From sequence record MW812341.1: a stretch of DNA of 64,000 nt. One strand, given 5' to 3'. A model generated the notes under the pieces. That model saw nothing but the letters and a program-made list of their open reading frames with translations. It did no database searches and was not told where the DNA came from. Of this stretch, positions 55,414 to 63,676 are shown piece by piece. Numbering within the stretch: the first letter of the stretch is position 1; each line of letters starts with the position of its first letter. The position numbers were made by a program, and so were the translations under genes.

Positions 55414-55449
55414 GTGTGCCCTTCGGGGCACACTCTCTTTTTATTTTTT
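55414..55449 (+). terminator. Intrinsic terminator closing the fibre/peptide/radical SAM unit
   Basis: GTGTGCCC-TTCG-GGGCACAC plus T-run. Confidence 0.8.
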
Positions 55450-55488
55450 GTTGTTATGACTAATGCAATTACATGAGAGGACTTAGTT

Positions 55489-56091
55489 ATGGCAATGCCA
55501 GTAGACCGTTGGAGTATGGAAGGCATCATTGCCGCCAAAGTTAATCTGGAAGGTGGTTATGTGAATAACCCCAACGACTTAGGTGGGCCTACCAAGTACG
55601 GGGTAACACAAACGACCGCTCGTGAGAACGGTTACACCGGCGACATGCGTGACCTGACTTACGCACAAGCCATCGCGATTTACAAGAAAGGTTGGTGGGA
55701 CCGTATGCGTCTCGATACCTTTATGGCACTGAACCCGCTGTTGGCTGACCGCATGTTCGACTTCGGTATCAACGCCGGTCGTGCTAACTGTATCAAGTCT
55801 CTGCAACGTATCCTCAATGTGTTGAACCGTCAGGGTAAGCTGTACGCTGACATCGACGCTGATGGTGGTATCGGTACATTGACCATGAATGCAGTACAGG
55901 GTTACGTGAAAGCCCGTGGTGCAGACGGCGTTAACCGTCTGATGTTTGCATTGACTTGCCACCAGGTTTCTTACTACACAGAAATCTCTGAGAAGCGTGC
56001 ACAGAACGAAGAGTTCACCTACGGCTGGTACGACCGTGTGTACCGTGAAATGGGCGACTACGCTATCAAGGTAGGCGTATGCTCTAAATAA
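55489..56091 (+). CDS. Glycoside hydrolase family 108 lysozyme with peptidoglycan-binding domain
   Basis: EGGYVNNPNDLGGPTKYGVT; FDFGINAG; C-terminal F.YGW..R. Confidence 0.92.
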   Translation: MAMPVDRWSMEGIIAAKVNLEGGYVNNPNDLGGPTKYGVTQTTARENGYTGDMRDLTYAQAIAIYKKGWWDRMRLDTFMALNPLLADRMFDFGINAGRANCIKSLQRILNVLNRQGKLYADIDADGGIGTLTMNAVQGYVKARGADGVNRLMFALTCHQVSYYTEISEKRAQNEEFTYGWYDRVYREMGDYAIKVGVCSK

Positions 56092-56108
56092 TCAACAGGA
56101 ACCCCACT

Positions 56109-56243
56109 ATGAAAAGACATTTGCCTGAGTTATTCCAGAAGAAATTGAATGCATTTTTTACGGATGATGATCCGCCTCCTGCGGTGTTGTGGTTAAGTGT
56201 CGCCATTCTGGTGGGGTACTTTCTGATTAAGGTGTTCCACTGA
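56109..56243 (+). CDS. 44-aa single-TM protein (holin-like candidate)
   Basis: Manual translation MKRHLPELFQKKLNAFFTDDDPPPAVLWLSVAILVGYFLIKVFH; SD AGGA; TGATG-coupled to the next gene. Confidence 0.55.
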   Translation: MKRHLPELFQKKLNAFFTDDDPPPAVLWLSVAILVGYFLIKVFH

Positions 56244-56953
56244 TGCTTGAATTAAAATACAAAGTGTTGGAGAAGCAGTGGTTTGTCCTCACGGAAGATT
56301 TCCGGGTACCGTTTACGTTACGGTCTCTGTATCGCGGACAAAAGGGTTTGGATGAGATGGTATACCTGACGGGTGTACATCCTGATAAGGAAATGTACGT
56401 GACAGCTCCTGCGGGCTTTGTGACGGACTTGGCGAGTATCCCGCCTGCCTTACAACCACTTCTGCATCCGGATGGCCCATGGGCCGCTGCGGCGTGTATA
56501 CACGACCTGCTGTATCAGAAGACACCTTCACCGGTTCCTTATCCTGATACGCCAGCTGGGAATCTGTCGCGTTCCACGGATAAAGCATTTGCGGATTTGA
56601 TGTTCTTGCGCATTATGGAAATGACAGGCGTCGATAACTTCGTTGCACAGTCTTTCTACGAAGCCGTCCACCGTTTCGGTTGGCCGTCGTATGCAGACAA
56701 GAACGATGACCCGCATCAGTACAGTTATCCATCCCCATCGGGCGTGACACTGAACTACGCCAGGAACTATCTGTTCTTCCGTGAGTACATCGAAAGCGCA
56801 GTACCCGACCATGAACGTTGGGACTTGACCACACATCGCTGTGTGAATATGCGTTACCAGAACATCAAGCGGGCATTTAACGCCTCTGCGGAGTTCTGGG
56901 GCGTTCAGCCTATAAGTGAACCGGTTAATCAGATTCCTTTATTAAAGGTCTGA
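56243..56953 (+). CDS. DUF1353 family protein
   Basis: PAGFVTDLASIP, AACIHDLLY, ADLMF..IM, AVHRFG. Confidence 0.85.
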   Translation: MLELKYKVLEKQWFVLTEDFRVPFTLRSLYRGQKGLDEMVYLTGVHPDKEMYVTAPAGFVTDLASIPPALQPLLHPDGPWAAAACIHDLLYQKTPSPVPYPDTPAGNLSRSTDKAFADLMFLRIMEMTGVDNFVAQSFYEAVHRFGWPSYADKNDDPHQYSYPSPSGVTLNYARNYLFFREYIESAVPDHERWDLTTHRCVNMRYQNIKRAFNASAEFWGVQPISEPVNQIPLLKV

Positions 56954-56971
56954 GAATCGCTCCTAGGGCGT

Positions 56972-57025
56972 TTAAAATAAAGATACCTACACCCCAAAGG
57001 GTGTAGGTACTCTTTTTATTATTTA
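56972..57025. terminator. Bidirectional intrinsic terminator
   Basis: TACCTACACCC-CAAA-GGGTGTAGGTA with A- and T-rich flanks. Confidence 0.8.
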
Positions 57026-57531
57026 AAGCCGGTTAATTCACCGTTTGCGAACATCAATCCTTGTTTACCAACGTCGGTAACTATAATGACGAATGAACCC
57101 CACCACTTTAATAAGGTATCGTGCATCTTAATCTTCACGTAGAGATTATCCGGCTCTTCTGGCACCGTCCAACGTGAAATAACAACGTCGTCAAGGGTAG
57201 GCCAGTTATTCGGTAGGTTAAGGTTGAACTGTTTCAAGGCATAAGCGTCGTCTTGCCACGGTTCATGAATATCCGTCACTTGCCAGCTGTACGTATCTTC
57301 CCCATTAGGGTGGGTTAAGTTGTAGCGCGTGAAATGATATTCCTTACTACCTTTAAACGTCCCGCTTTCTGATTTCGCTGTTAGCGTCAGAACCGAGTTA
57401 CGCGTACCACCTTCTGCACCCGGAGTATACGGTGCAGGATCGCCAAACACAACATCAGCCAGCGTTAGATTCAAATCGGGATTTGCTTCATTCACTAAAT
57501 CAATGAACTGTTCTTGTAGCGTCTTTGCCAT
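57019..57531 (-). CDS. Small virion-type protein, family C
   Basis: QEQFIDLVNEANP; TRNSVLTLTAK; C-terminus ANGELTGFK. Confidence 0.75.
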   Translation of the reverse strand: MAKTLQEQFIDLVNEANPDLNLTLADVVFGDPAPYTPGAEGGTRNSVLTLTAKSESGTFKGSKEYHFTRYNLTHPNGEDTYSWQVTDIHEPWQDDAYALKQFNLNLPNNWPTLDDVVISRWTVPEEPDNLYVKIKMHDTLLKWWGSFVIIVTDVGKQGLMFANGELTGFK

Positions 57532-57560
57532 AATTGCTCCGAGTGCTAATCTTCAGGTGT

Positions 57561-58094
57561 TCACTTGAACCCAGTCAGCTCGCCGTTAGCGGTAGACAGG
57601 TCAGTCTTCGTTGCAGGTTTTGTAATCTTCCACGTAACGCCATCATCGGTAAACTTGATGTGGTTATTGATAGTGACGTTGACATCCAGTGTGTCGTCAG
57701 TATCGTTATCGGTACGGGTGATGACAATTTCATCCAGCAAGAACGCATCGCGGGTGTACTGCATTTGCGTACGTTCGTTCAGGAATGCGAGTACATGCTC
57801 ATCGTCATTCCATTCATCGACCGTCCCGTCGACATACTCTTCACCACCGTACATAAAGCCGGTCGGTACACGGCGGTAGTGAACAGTGATGTTCTCTTTG
57901 AAGTTTGGACTGTCTGGGGAAGCGGTCATGTTGAGGGCGTAGTTTGGAATCGTTTCCAAGCCTTCGGTAGTCTCCGGGGTGTATGGCCCACGGGAACCGA
58001 ACGTAACGTCCTCAGGTGTCAGGGGATGCGGTAAGGAAGGGTTAGCCGCATTATACAAATCACATAGTTGTTGTTGCGCTGTTACGATAGCCAC
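57561..58094 (-). CDS. Small virion-type protein, family C
   Basis: QQQLCDLYNAANP; C-terminus TDLSTANGELTGFK. Confidence 0.75.
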   Translation of the reverse strand: MAIVTAQQQLCDLYNAANPSLPHPLTPEDVTFGSRGPYTPETTEGLETIPNYALNMTASPDSPNFKENITVHYRRVPTGFMYGGEEYVDGTVDEWNDDEHVLAFLNERTQMQYTRDAFLLDEIVITRTDNDTDDTLDVNVTINNHIKFTDDGVTWKITKPATKTDLSTANGELTGFK

Positions 58095-58163
58095 AATTAT
58101 TCTCCTTTGTTTGTGGTCATTAAAAAAAGAAGCAGGGAGCCCTTAGGCCCCCTGGGTACTAAC

Positions 58164-58694
58164 TTACGATGTAGCGAAGCCGTTCAGTTCACCGTTGGTG
58201 GTGCTCAGGTCAGTTTTCTGAATCTCTTCGGTGACGGTGTACTTAGCCACTTCGCCTGGGAGATATTTCAGGTGACCTGCTTTGATAACCACGGTAATCA
58301 CTACCGCGTTATCGACCGGATCAGAATGCGTGATAGTCAGGTCAGTCAGAGCAAATGCATCCTCTGTTTTACCCGCAGCAATCACGTCAGCGTTCAGGAA
58401 CGCCAGAACTTCTTCATCTGTATCCCAGTCAGCCTGGTCAGCGGTAACCGCTTTCGCACCGACAATACCAGCAGCCAGACGAGTGTAGTGCAGTTCTTTA
58501 GATGCAGAGAAGTGCGTAGACTCGGCTTTCGCAGTAATGGTCAGTTTGGAGTTACGGGTATCACCGCCATCGCCTGGGGTGTAAGCTTCAACCGCACCGA
58601 AGTCAACGTCAGCCACTGCCAGGGCTTGTGCCAAACTGGTGTTATCTGCGTTGAATTGAGCAACAAGTTGCGCTTGTGGAGAAACAATAGCCAT
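58164..58694 (-). CDS. Small virion-type protein, family C
   Basis: TRNSKLTITAK; C-terminus TDLSTTNGELNGF. Confidence 0.75.
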   Translation of the reverse strand: MAIVSPQAQLVAQFNADNTSLAQALAVADVDFGAVEAYTPGDGGDTRNSKLTITAKAESTHFSASKELHYTRLAAGIVGAKAVTADQADWDTDEEVLAFLNADVIAAGKTEDAFALTDLTITHSDPVDNAVVITVVIKAGHLKYLPGEVAKYTVTEEIQKTDLSTTNGELNGFATS

Positions 58695-58751
58695 TATGCA
58701 TTCCTCTTTTATGTCACATGGTTCATATCAACAGGGGTAAGCCTGTGGGTG

Positions 58752-58776
58752 TTTTACAGACCAGGTCTGTATTATG
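58752..58776 (+). promoter_or_regulatory. Bipartite middle-type promoter TTTTACA-N14-TATG
   Basis: Counted spacing; upstream of the lipoprotein gene. Confidence 0.6.
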
Positions 58777-58814
58777 ACGACTGCTCGTCGATAATTTAAG
58801 AAAAAGGAAACGTT

Positions 58815-59288
58815 ATGTTGAAACGTCTAATGCTGCTGGTCACGGTCGTCATGGCGACACTGCTGGCAGGTTGTGCAATCGCACCTAACCAATCTGGCCA
58901 ATTCGGCACCGTTCCAGTCGAAGCCACCTCTTTCACTATTTACCAGTGTAGCGCGACGAAGGAAACCTTCACCCACTTCCAGCCTCAGCTGGGGTCATTG
59001 CAACTACAGCCCTATTCGGCAACAGTTATTGACAATGGCGCGGGTTGGGTAGCGACTTATCCCGGTGGTAAGGTCGAATCTCCGCAGCTCTATAAAGACC
59101 TGCTGGGTAAGATTGATGGTGCCATTGACCTGACTACAGGTGCACGCTATTACCGAATACATGCTCGCGATGCCAAAGCCCCAGTCTTCTCTACCTCTAC
59201 GGTGAGTGCGACTACAGGTGACGGCGAGGGTATGACATTCTTGCAATGTGTGCTTGCGCCTGACCCAGGCGAATCACTGGTTAAATGA
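58815..59288 (+). CDS. Lipoprotein, possibly MliC-like
   Basis: Lipobox LAGC; YQC ... TGARY ... CVL. Confidence 0.75.
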   Translation: MLKRLMLLVTVVMATLLAGCAIAPNQSGQFGTVPVEATSFTIYQCSATKETFTHFQPQLGSLQLQPYSATVIDNGAGWVATYPGGKVESPQLYKDLLGKIDGAIDLTTGARYYRIHARDAKAPVFSTSTVSATTGDGEGMTFLQCVLAPDPGESLVK

Positions 59289-59333
59289 TAAAGACCTCTA
59301 CACTCCTTCGGGAGTGTAGAGTTATCTTTTTTC
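59288..59333. terminator. Intrinsic terminator
   Basis: CTCTACACTCC-TTCG-GGAGTGTAGAG plus T-run. Confidence 0.8.
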
Positions 59334-60239
59334 TTACGGTATCAATTCCAATACAACCATCCAGTTAATTGAACCAGTCTTCACTGCACTGGCTAATGTT
59401 TCTGGTGCTGTGTTAGAGACCGTGGCAAGTTTAGTGGTGTCCGCCATGTGCGCACTGCCCGTACCATTAATCGATGCCGCGTCCGATAAACGTGGTTGGA
59501 TAGTAGCATCAGTCAACGCAGTAGGGTCTACACGCAGTCGGGCGTAAGTACCTTTCCATTCACTGTCGTTAAAGTCAGCAGCGTCCGTAAGGTATTGCGT
59601 AAACGGTTTATCACTTAGGCGGATGGCGCGAGCAATATAGCGTTGTCCGCTCACTTCGATAATTGTCAACTGGTTAACATTACCTGCATCACCCGTTGGA
59701 GTTTTACCGAAGTCATTTGTCCCGTAGATAAACCCTGCGTTGTAACCATTCTGCCAGTTTGAACTGGTGATAAGCTGGCGGTTAGGAATGATTAAAATCT
59801 TCCCTTTGTACACAAACTTATACCAGATGTCCGTGGTGTTTACAGCCAGCGTGATACCAACAACACTTTTCAGCTGTGCTTTAATCTTGTCGGTTATATC
59901 AGTTACGGTTGCCCATTCGGTTGGGGCAATCTCCCCAAAGTAACCACGCAGCCAATCACCACGTATAACCTTAGACGGTCCTGGCCCCAAGTTAGAGTAA
60001 TACCCTTGGGTCTGGTTTGCAGCGAAGGAACGATTGGAACCCTTCACAACCGCGACACTGTAGTAGTAGGTATTACCGACACGAACGTTGGTGTCTTCCC
60101 ACGCAACAGCATCACCAGAAAGCGTAGCCACAGGCGTTCCTGGACTATTCGGGTCGATGGGTTTGTCACTCCGATAAATCTCGACGGAATCCAGATGTTG
60201 GTCAGTCTGGCTGTCCCATTTTAATTTAATCCCCATCAC
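59334..60239 (-). CDS. Virion protein: FN3/Ig-like N-domain plus phiKZ gp131-like C-domain (family D)
   Basis: LKW..VEIYRS..WED..YYY; GPGP..RGDW..GYFG. Confidence 0.7.
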   Translation of the reverse strand: MMGIKLKWDSQTDQHLDSVEIYRSDKPIDPNSPGTPVATLSGDAVAWEDTNVRVGNTYYYSVAVVKGSNRSFAANQTQGYYSNLGPGPSKVIRGDWLRGYFGEIAPTEWATVTDITDKIKAQLKSVVGITLAVNTTDIWYKFVYKGKILIIPNRQLITSSNWQNGYNAGFIYGTNDFGKTPTGDAGNVNQLTIIEVSGQRYIARAIRLSDKPFTQYLTDAADFNDSEWKGTYARLRVDPTALTDATIQPRLSDAASINGTGSAHMADTTKLATVSNTAPETLASAVKTGSINWMVVLELIP

Positions 60240-61216
60240 TTGCCTCCCAGTTTAACTTCGCTAACACGTCCGATGTATTCGATTACTGGCCACCAACATG
60301 AGCTTAACGTGCGTGCACGTACAATGGCGGATTCTATTGATGCCCTCACATGCGCTGCGTAGTTGTACGTACCGTAGCCACGGTGTAATACGTTGGCAGC
60401 ACTCGGCACTTCCTGGGTAATGACGCCCTGCGTTTGTCGTCCGGCGTATTGGGTAGACGGAATGATGTTTGTTGGGTTGACAGATTCAACCGTGACCATT
60501 CTTTTACGAAGTGGGGCAAGATCAATCAACGGATACAGTAAATCTTCGTATTCCGAATAAATGCCCTGTGCCTCTGGTGCCACGTTCAAATCAATATTGC
60601 CGCCATTCCAAACCATTCCATCCGGAATACCTTTCGCTAAACGAATCAGGAATAAGTCTCCATTCAACTCGAAAGTGGTCAGCTGGTTAACGTTACCCGG
60701 AGAATTAACACCACCCATGTCGTCGGTGCCATATACCGCACCTGCGGTGTAAAGAGATGTCCAGGTCACGTCGTTAAAATAAATCCCCGGCACGAACAGG
60801 ACTTTCCCATTACGGATAAATTTATACCACGTAGGATAGAACGGCCCAGTTGGAATACCAGAGGTGTTTTTTAACGCACCTAAGATAGTTGAGCTGTTAA
60901 CGAAGTCAGCTGACGGAAGAGAACCAAAGTAACCGTATGATTCGGTACCTTGTTTCAGCAGGTTCGGCCCTGGCCCTTTACGGTCGTTGACCTCGATTTT
61001 CTGAGGTTGGCTTACCACACGGTCGTTCTGCGTGTTAACCGCCCAAACGTAGTAATACGTTTTACCGAACAGTGCGGTGCTGTCCACCCATTCCAGCTCA
61101 CCCCCGGTGAGTTTGACTAAGGGTGTGGTCAAATCCACAGTCGGTGTGTCGCCGCGATAGATCTCGACAGACGTCGCCCCTTTGTTGGGATTCTTCCATT
61201 TAAGTTTTAAGGCCAT
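60236..61216 (-). CDS. Virion protein, family D
   Basis: LKW..VEIYRG..WVD..TYYY; GPGP..GYFG; WYKFIRNGKVLFVP. Confidence 0.7.
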   Translation of the reverse strand: MALKLKWKNPNKGATSVEIYRGDTPTVDLTTPLVKLTGGELEWVDSTALFGKTYYYVWAVNTQNDRVVSQPQKIEVNDRKGPGPNLLKQGTESYGYFGSLPSADFVNSSTILGALKNTSGIPTGPFYPTWYKFIRNGKVLFVPGIYFNDVTWTSLYTAGAVYGTDDMGGVNSPGNVNQLTTFELNGDLFLIRLAKGIPDGMVWNGGNIDLNVAPEAQGIYSEYEDLLYPLIDLAPLRKRMVTVESVNPTNIIPSTQYAGRQTQGVITQEVPSAANVLHRGYGTYNYAAHVRASIESAIVRARTLSSCWWPVIEYIGRVSEVKLGGK

Positions 61217-61228
61217 GAGTAAGTCCTC

Positions 61229-62755
61229 TTATTTAAAGCCGTTGAGTTCCCCGTTGGCGGTGGATAAATTAACCACCACCACTTCCTTGTAATCAGATGT
61301 AACCTGAACGACAGGAACTCGTAATATTGTATCCCAGGCCGCTTGTGCTACGTTCAACGGAGGCTCGGATTTTATCCGTAGAAGCGGTATCTCTACCTCA
61401 GCCGCCCGAACCCAACTAACGTTAGCAACGTTAAACGGCGTATCTGTATCGCAGGAGAATAGGGGTTTAGTGAGCGCCCCTAAAGTTTCCCAAGCGATAT
61501 CTGATACAATCAGTAATACTTCGCCTGTGTCTGGGCTGATGGTGAACAGTGGCTTACGTAAAACACCATCTGGCTCACCAATAAAGTTCTCTAACGGTAC
61601 GGCGATTTTATCTAAGTCGGCCAGCTCCAGCATTGGTCGCCAACCGCCATTAAATGACGCCTTATCGTACATGCCCTGGTTGAGTCCGGTCATACTGCTA
61701 CCGAACGCTTTCGTTGGGTCTTTCAGAGAAGTGGTCGAGAACCAGAACCCATTCCCATCGATGGTTTGCCCATCCCATTCACCTGTTGCAAATCCACCAC
61801 TTACCACAATCTTGGCAAACAGCCTTGCAACGTCACCGGTAGGGTCTGGCGTTTGGTTAATCGCCAGATAGTCCCACGGGTTTGATTCAGATAACCGTGG
61901 CATACACGGTGAGAGATACCAGTCACGTCCGTTTTCTACTTTGCGGATAACGGGACGTTGTGCCACGAGCACGCCATTAGCTGGGAACTGGAAGTCTTCA
62001 TGGGTATCAGTCTCATAGACCGCTCCACGCACATACAGCTCTTGCCATCTGATGGTAATCTGGTTGTAGTTGGCGAGATACAGAATTTTTCCATCTCGAG
62101 CGAACTTATACCAGTATCGATTTGTCGGGAATGTTGCTAAGGTTCCCGCTGGGGTTGTTTGACCCTCATTAATTCTCGACAGGAGCGCGGGTGCGCCAAA
62201 TAATTCTGTTTCACTTACTAATCCAAAGTAACCTTCATTCAGGTCACCGATTAACAACACCTTAGTCCCTGGCCCTGACTCTGGGTAAGTCCCAACCGGT
62301 GTACGTGTCCAAGTGACCTGTAGAGAGCCTGTAAACGCCAGAGACGTTGCGGCAATATTCAGGGTAACTTGGGTCGGCGTATAACCGTAAGGGAGCTTGG
62401 TGGTGCCATTGCTCAAATCATCGGGCATAAGGTGCAGCCCATATTGGGCATTTAAAGACGGCAGCAAATCAGCATAGGTTTTGGAAGACCCTTTTGCATC
62501 GAACACTACCGTGATGCCGTTAAACAGTGTCCCGAGATTTATTCGGTCGTAAAAGAACTGTTTCTTCCCGACGAATCCGGCCCCAGTGAAACCGTTTAAA
62601 GTAACGCGGGTATTACGCCCGCTGCTACCTAAACCGTTTGTACTAGGAGCAACGAGCACAATGACTGTGCTCGCGCTTAATCCTACCGTGCCGGGATTGT
62701 CCCGCATGACCTGCTGGCACAACAAATTCAGCGAGGAACTGTCGTACAACCCCAT
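61229..62755 (-). CDS. Chimeric virion protein: family C N-domain, family D domain, repeats, NGELNGFK tail
   Basis: GRNTRVTL (C-type); SGPGTK..GYFG..WYKFARDGK (D-type); terminal NLSTANGELNGFK. Confidence 0.75.
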   Translation of the reverse strand: MGLYDSSSLNLLCQQVMRDNPGTVGLSASTVIVLVAPSTNGLGSSGRNTRVTLNGFTGAGFVGKKQFFYDRINLGTLFNGITVVFDAKGSSKTYADLLPSLNAQYGLHLMPDDLSNGTTKLPYGYTPTQVTLNIAATSLAFTGSLQVTWTRTPVGTYPESGPGTKVLLIGDLNEGYFGLVSETELFGAPALLSRINEGQTTPAGTLATFPTNRYWYKFARDGKILYLANYNQITIRWQELYVRGAVYETDTHEDFQFPANGVLVAQRPVIRKVENGRDWYLSPCMPRLSESNPWDYLAINQTPDPTGDVARLFAKIVVSGGFATGEWDGQTIDGNGFWFSTTSLKDPTKAFGSSMTGLNQGMYDKASFNGGWRPMLELADLDKIAVPLENFIGEPDGVLRKPLFTISPDTGEVLLIVSDIAWETLGALTKPLFSCDTDTPFNVANVSWVRAAEVEIPLLRIKSEPPLNVAQAAWDTILRVPVVQVTSDYKEVVVVNLSTANGELNGFK

Positions 62756-62767
62756 GGTATTCTCCTT

Positions 62768-63673
62768 TTAGTTGAGCACCAACTCTAGCACCATGTACGT
62801 GTATGCCCCATTGGTGTTGCTGAGATTAGAGATACTCTCCGGCGAGTTGGCTGCGTTTAAATACACTGCGGAGTTAGTCCACATGTTCGCGAACATAGTT
62901 GAACCTCCGGTGTTATACGAACCAGTACCAGGCATATCACGATCGTCGTACTTCTGCTGGGTCCCGTTATAACGCCATACACGACACATGGTGTTGAACC
63001 ATTCGCCATCAGCGGTATATTGGGGATAACTGCTGGACGCTTGGCCGGGTGCATCGTAATCGAACAGATACGGTAAACGAACAACGTATTCGTAGCCGCT
63101 CTTGGTTACGGTCTTTCTCTGTGCTGTCTGACCCGCACCACTGGGTATCACTTTACCGTTATCCGGCGTACCCCAAGCAAAACCGTTCTGGTAAAAGAAG
63201 TTGTAAGACTGGCTGACGTTGGTGTTTGCATCGGGAATGAATAGAATGCGGTTTTTGTACACAAATTTGTGGAACAAAGCCGGACTCTGGTTCCAGAGAG
63301 TTAAACCAGTCAAGGCATTCATTTCAGCAGCGTTGACAATGAAGTCTTTGGCATCGATGGTACCGAAGTATCCACAGAACCAATCCCCGCGAATGATTTT
63401 TTGGGGACCTGGGCCAGTGTGTGGGAAATACCCCTGTATCACCGGGAACCCGAAGACCTTGTCCGTACCCTTCACAGACACAATACGGTATTGATACGTT
63501 TTGTAGTTCTCTACCGTGTTGTCTTCGTAAGTGGTCGCCGTGCCTGGCAATACTGCCAGGGGAGTCCCAGGGTTATTCGGGTTGATGGTACCGCGTGGAT
63601 TACTGATGCGGTAAATCTCAATCGAGTCCAGGGTTTGGTTTGCTTTCTGTTTCCACGTCAAAGTAATCGGCAT
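62768..63673 (-). CDS. Virion protein, family D
   Basis: LTW..IEIYR..YED..YQY; GPGP..RGDWFCGYFG; HKFVYKNRILFIP. Confidence 0.7.
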   Translation of the reverse strand: MPITLTWKQKANQTLDSIEIYRISNPRGTINPNNPGTPLAVLPGTATTYEDNTVENYKTYQYRIVSVKGTDKVFGFPVIQGYFPHTGPGPQKIIRGDWFCGYFGTIDAKDFIVNAAEMNALTGLTLWNQSPALFHKFVYKNRILFIPDANTNVSQSYNFFYQNGFAWGTPDNGKVIPSGAGQTAQRKTVTKSGYEYVVRLPYLFDYDAPGQASSSYPQYTADGEWFNTMCRVWRYNGTQQKYDDRDMPGTGSYNTGGSTMFANMWTNSAVYLNAANSPESISNLSNTNGAYTYMVLELVLN

Positions 63674-63676
63674 GAT

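Noticed and set aside
58068-58799. 243-aa plus-strand ORF
   Set aside because: Antisense to a well-supported family C gene; no protein-like features
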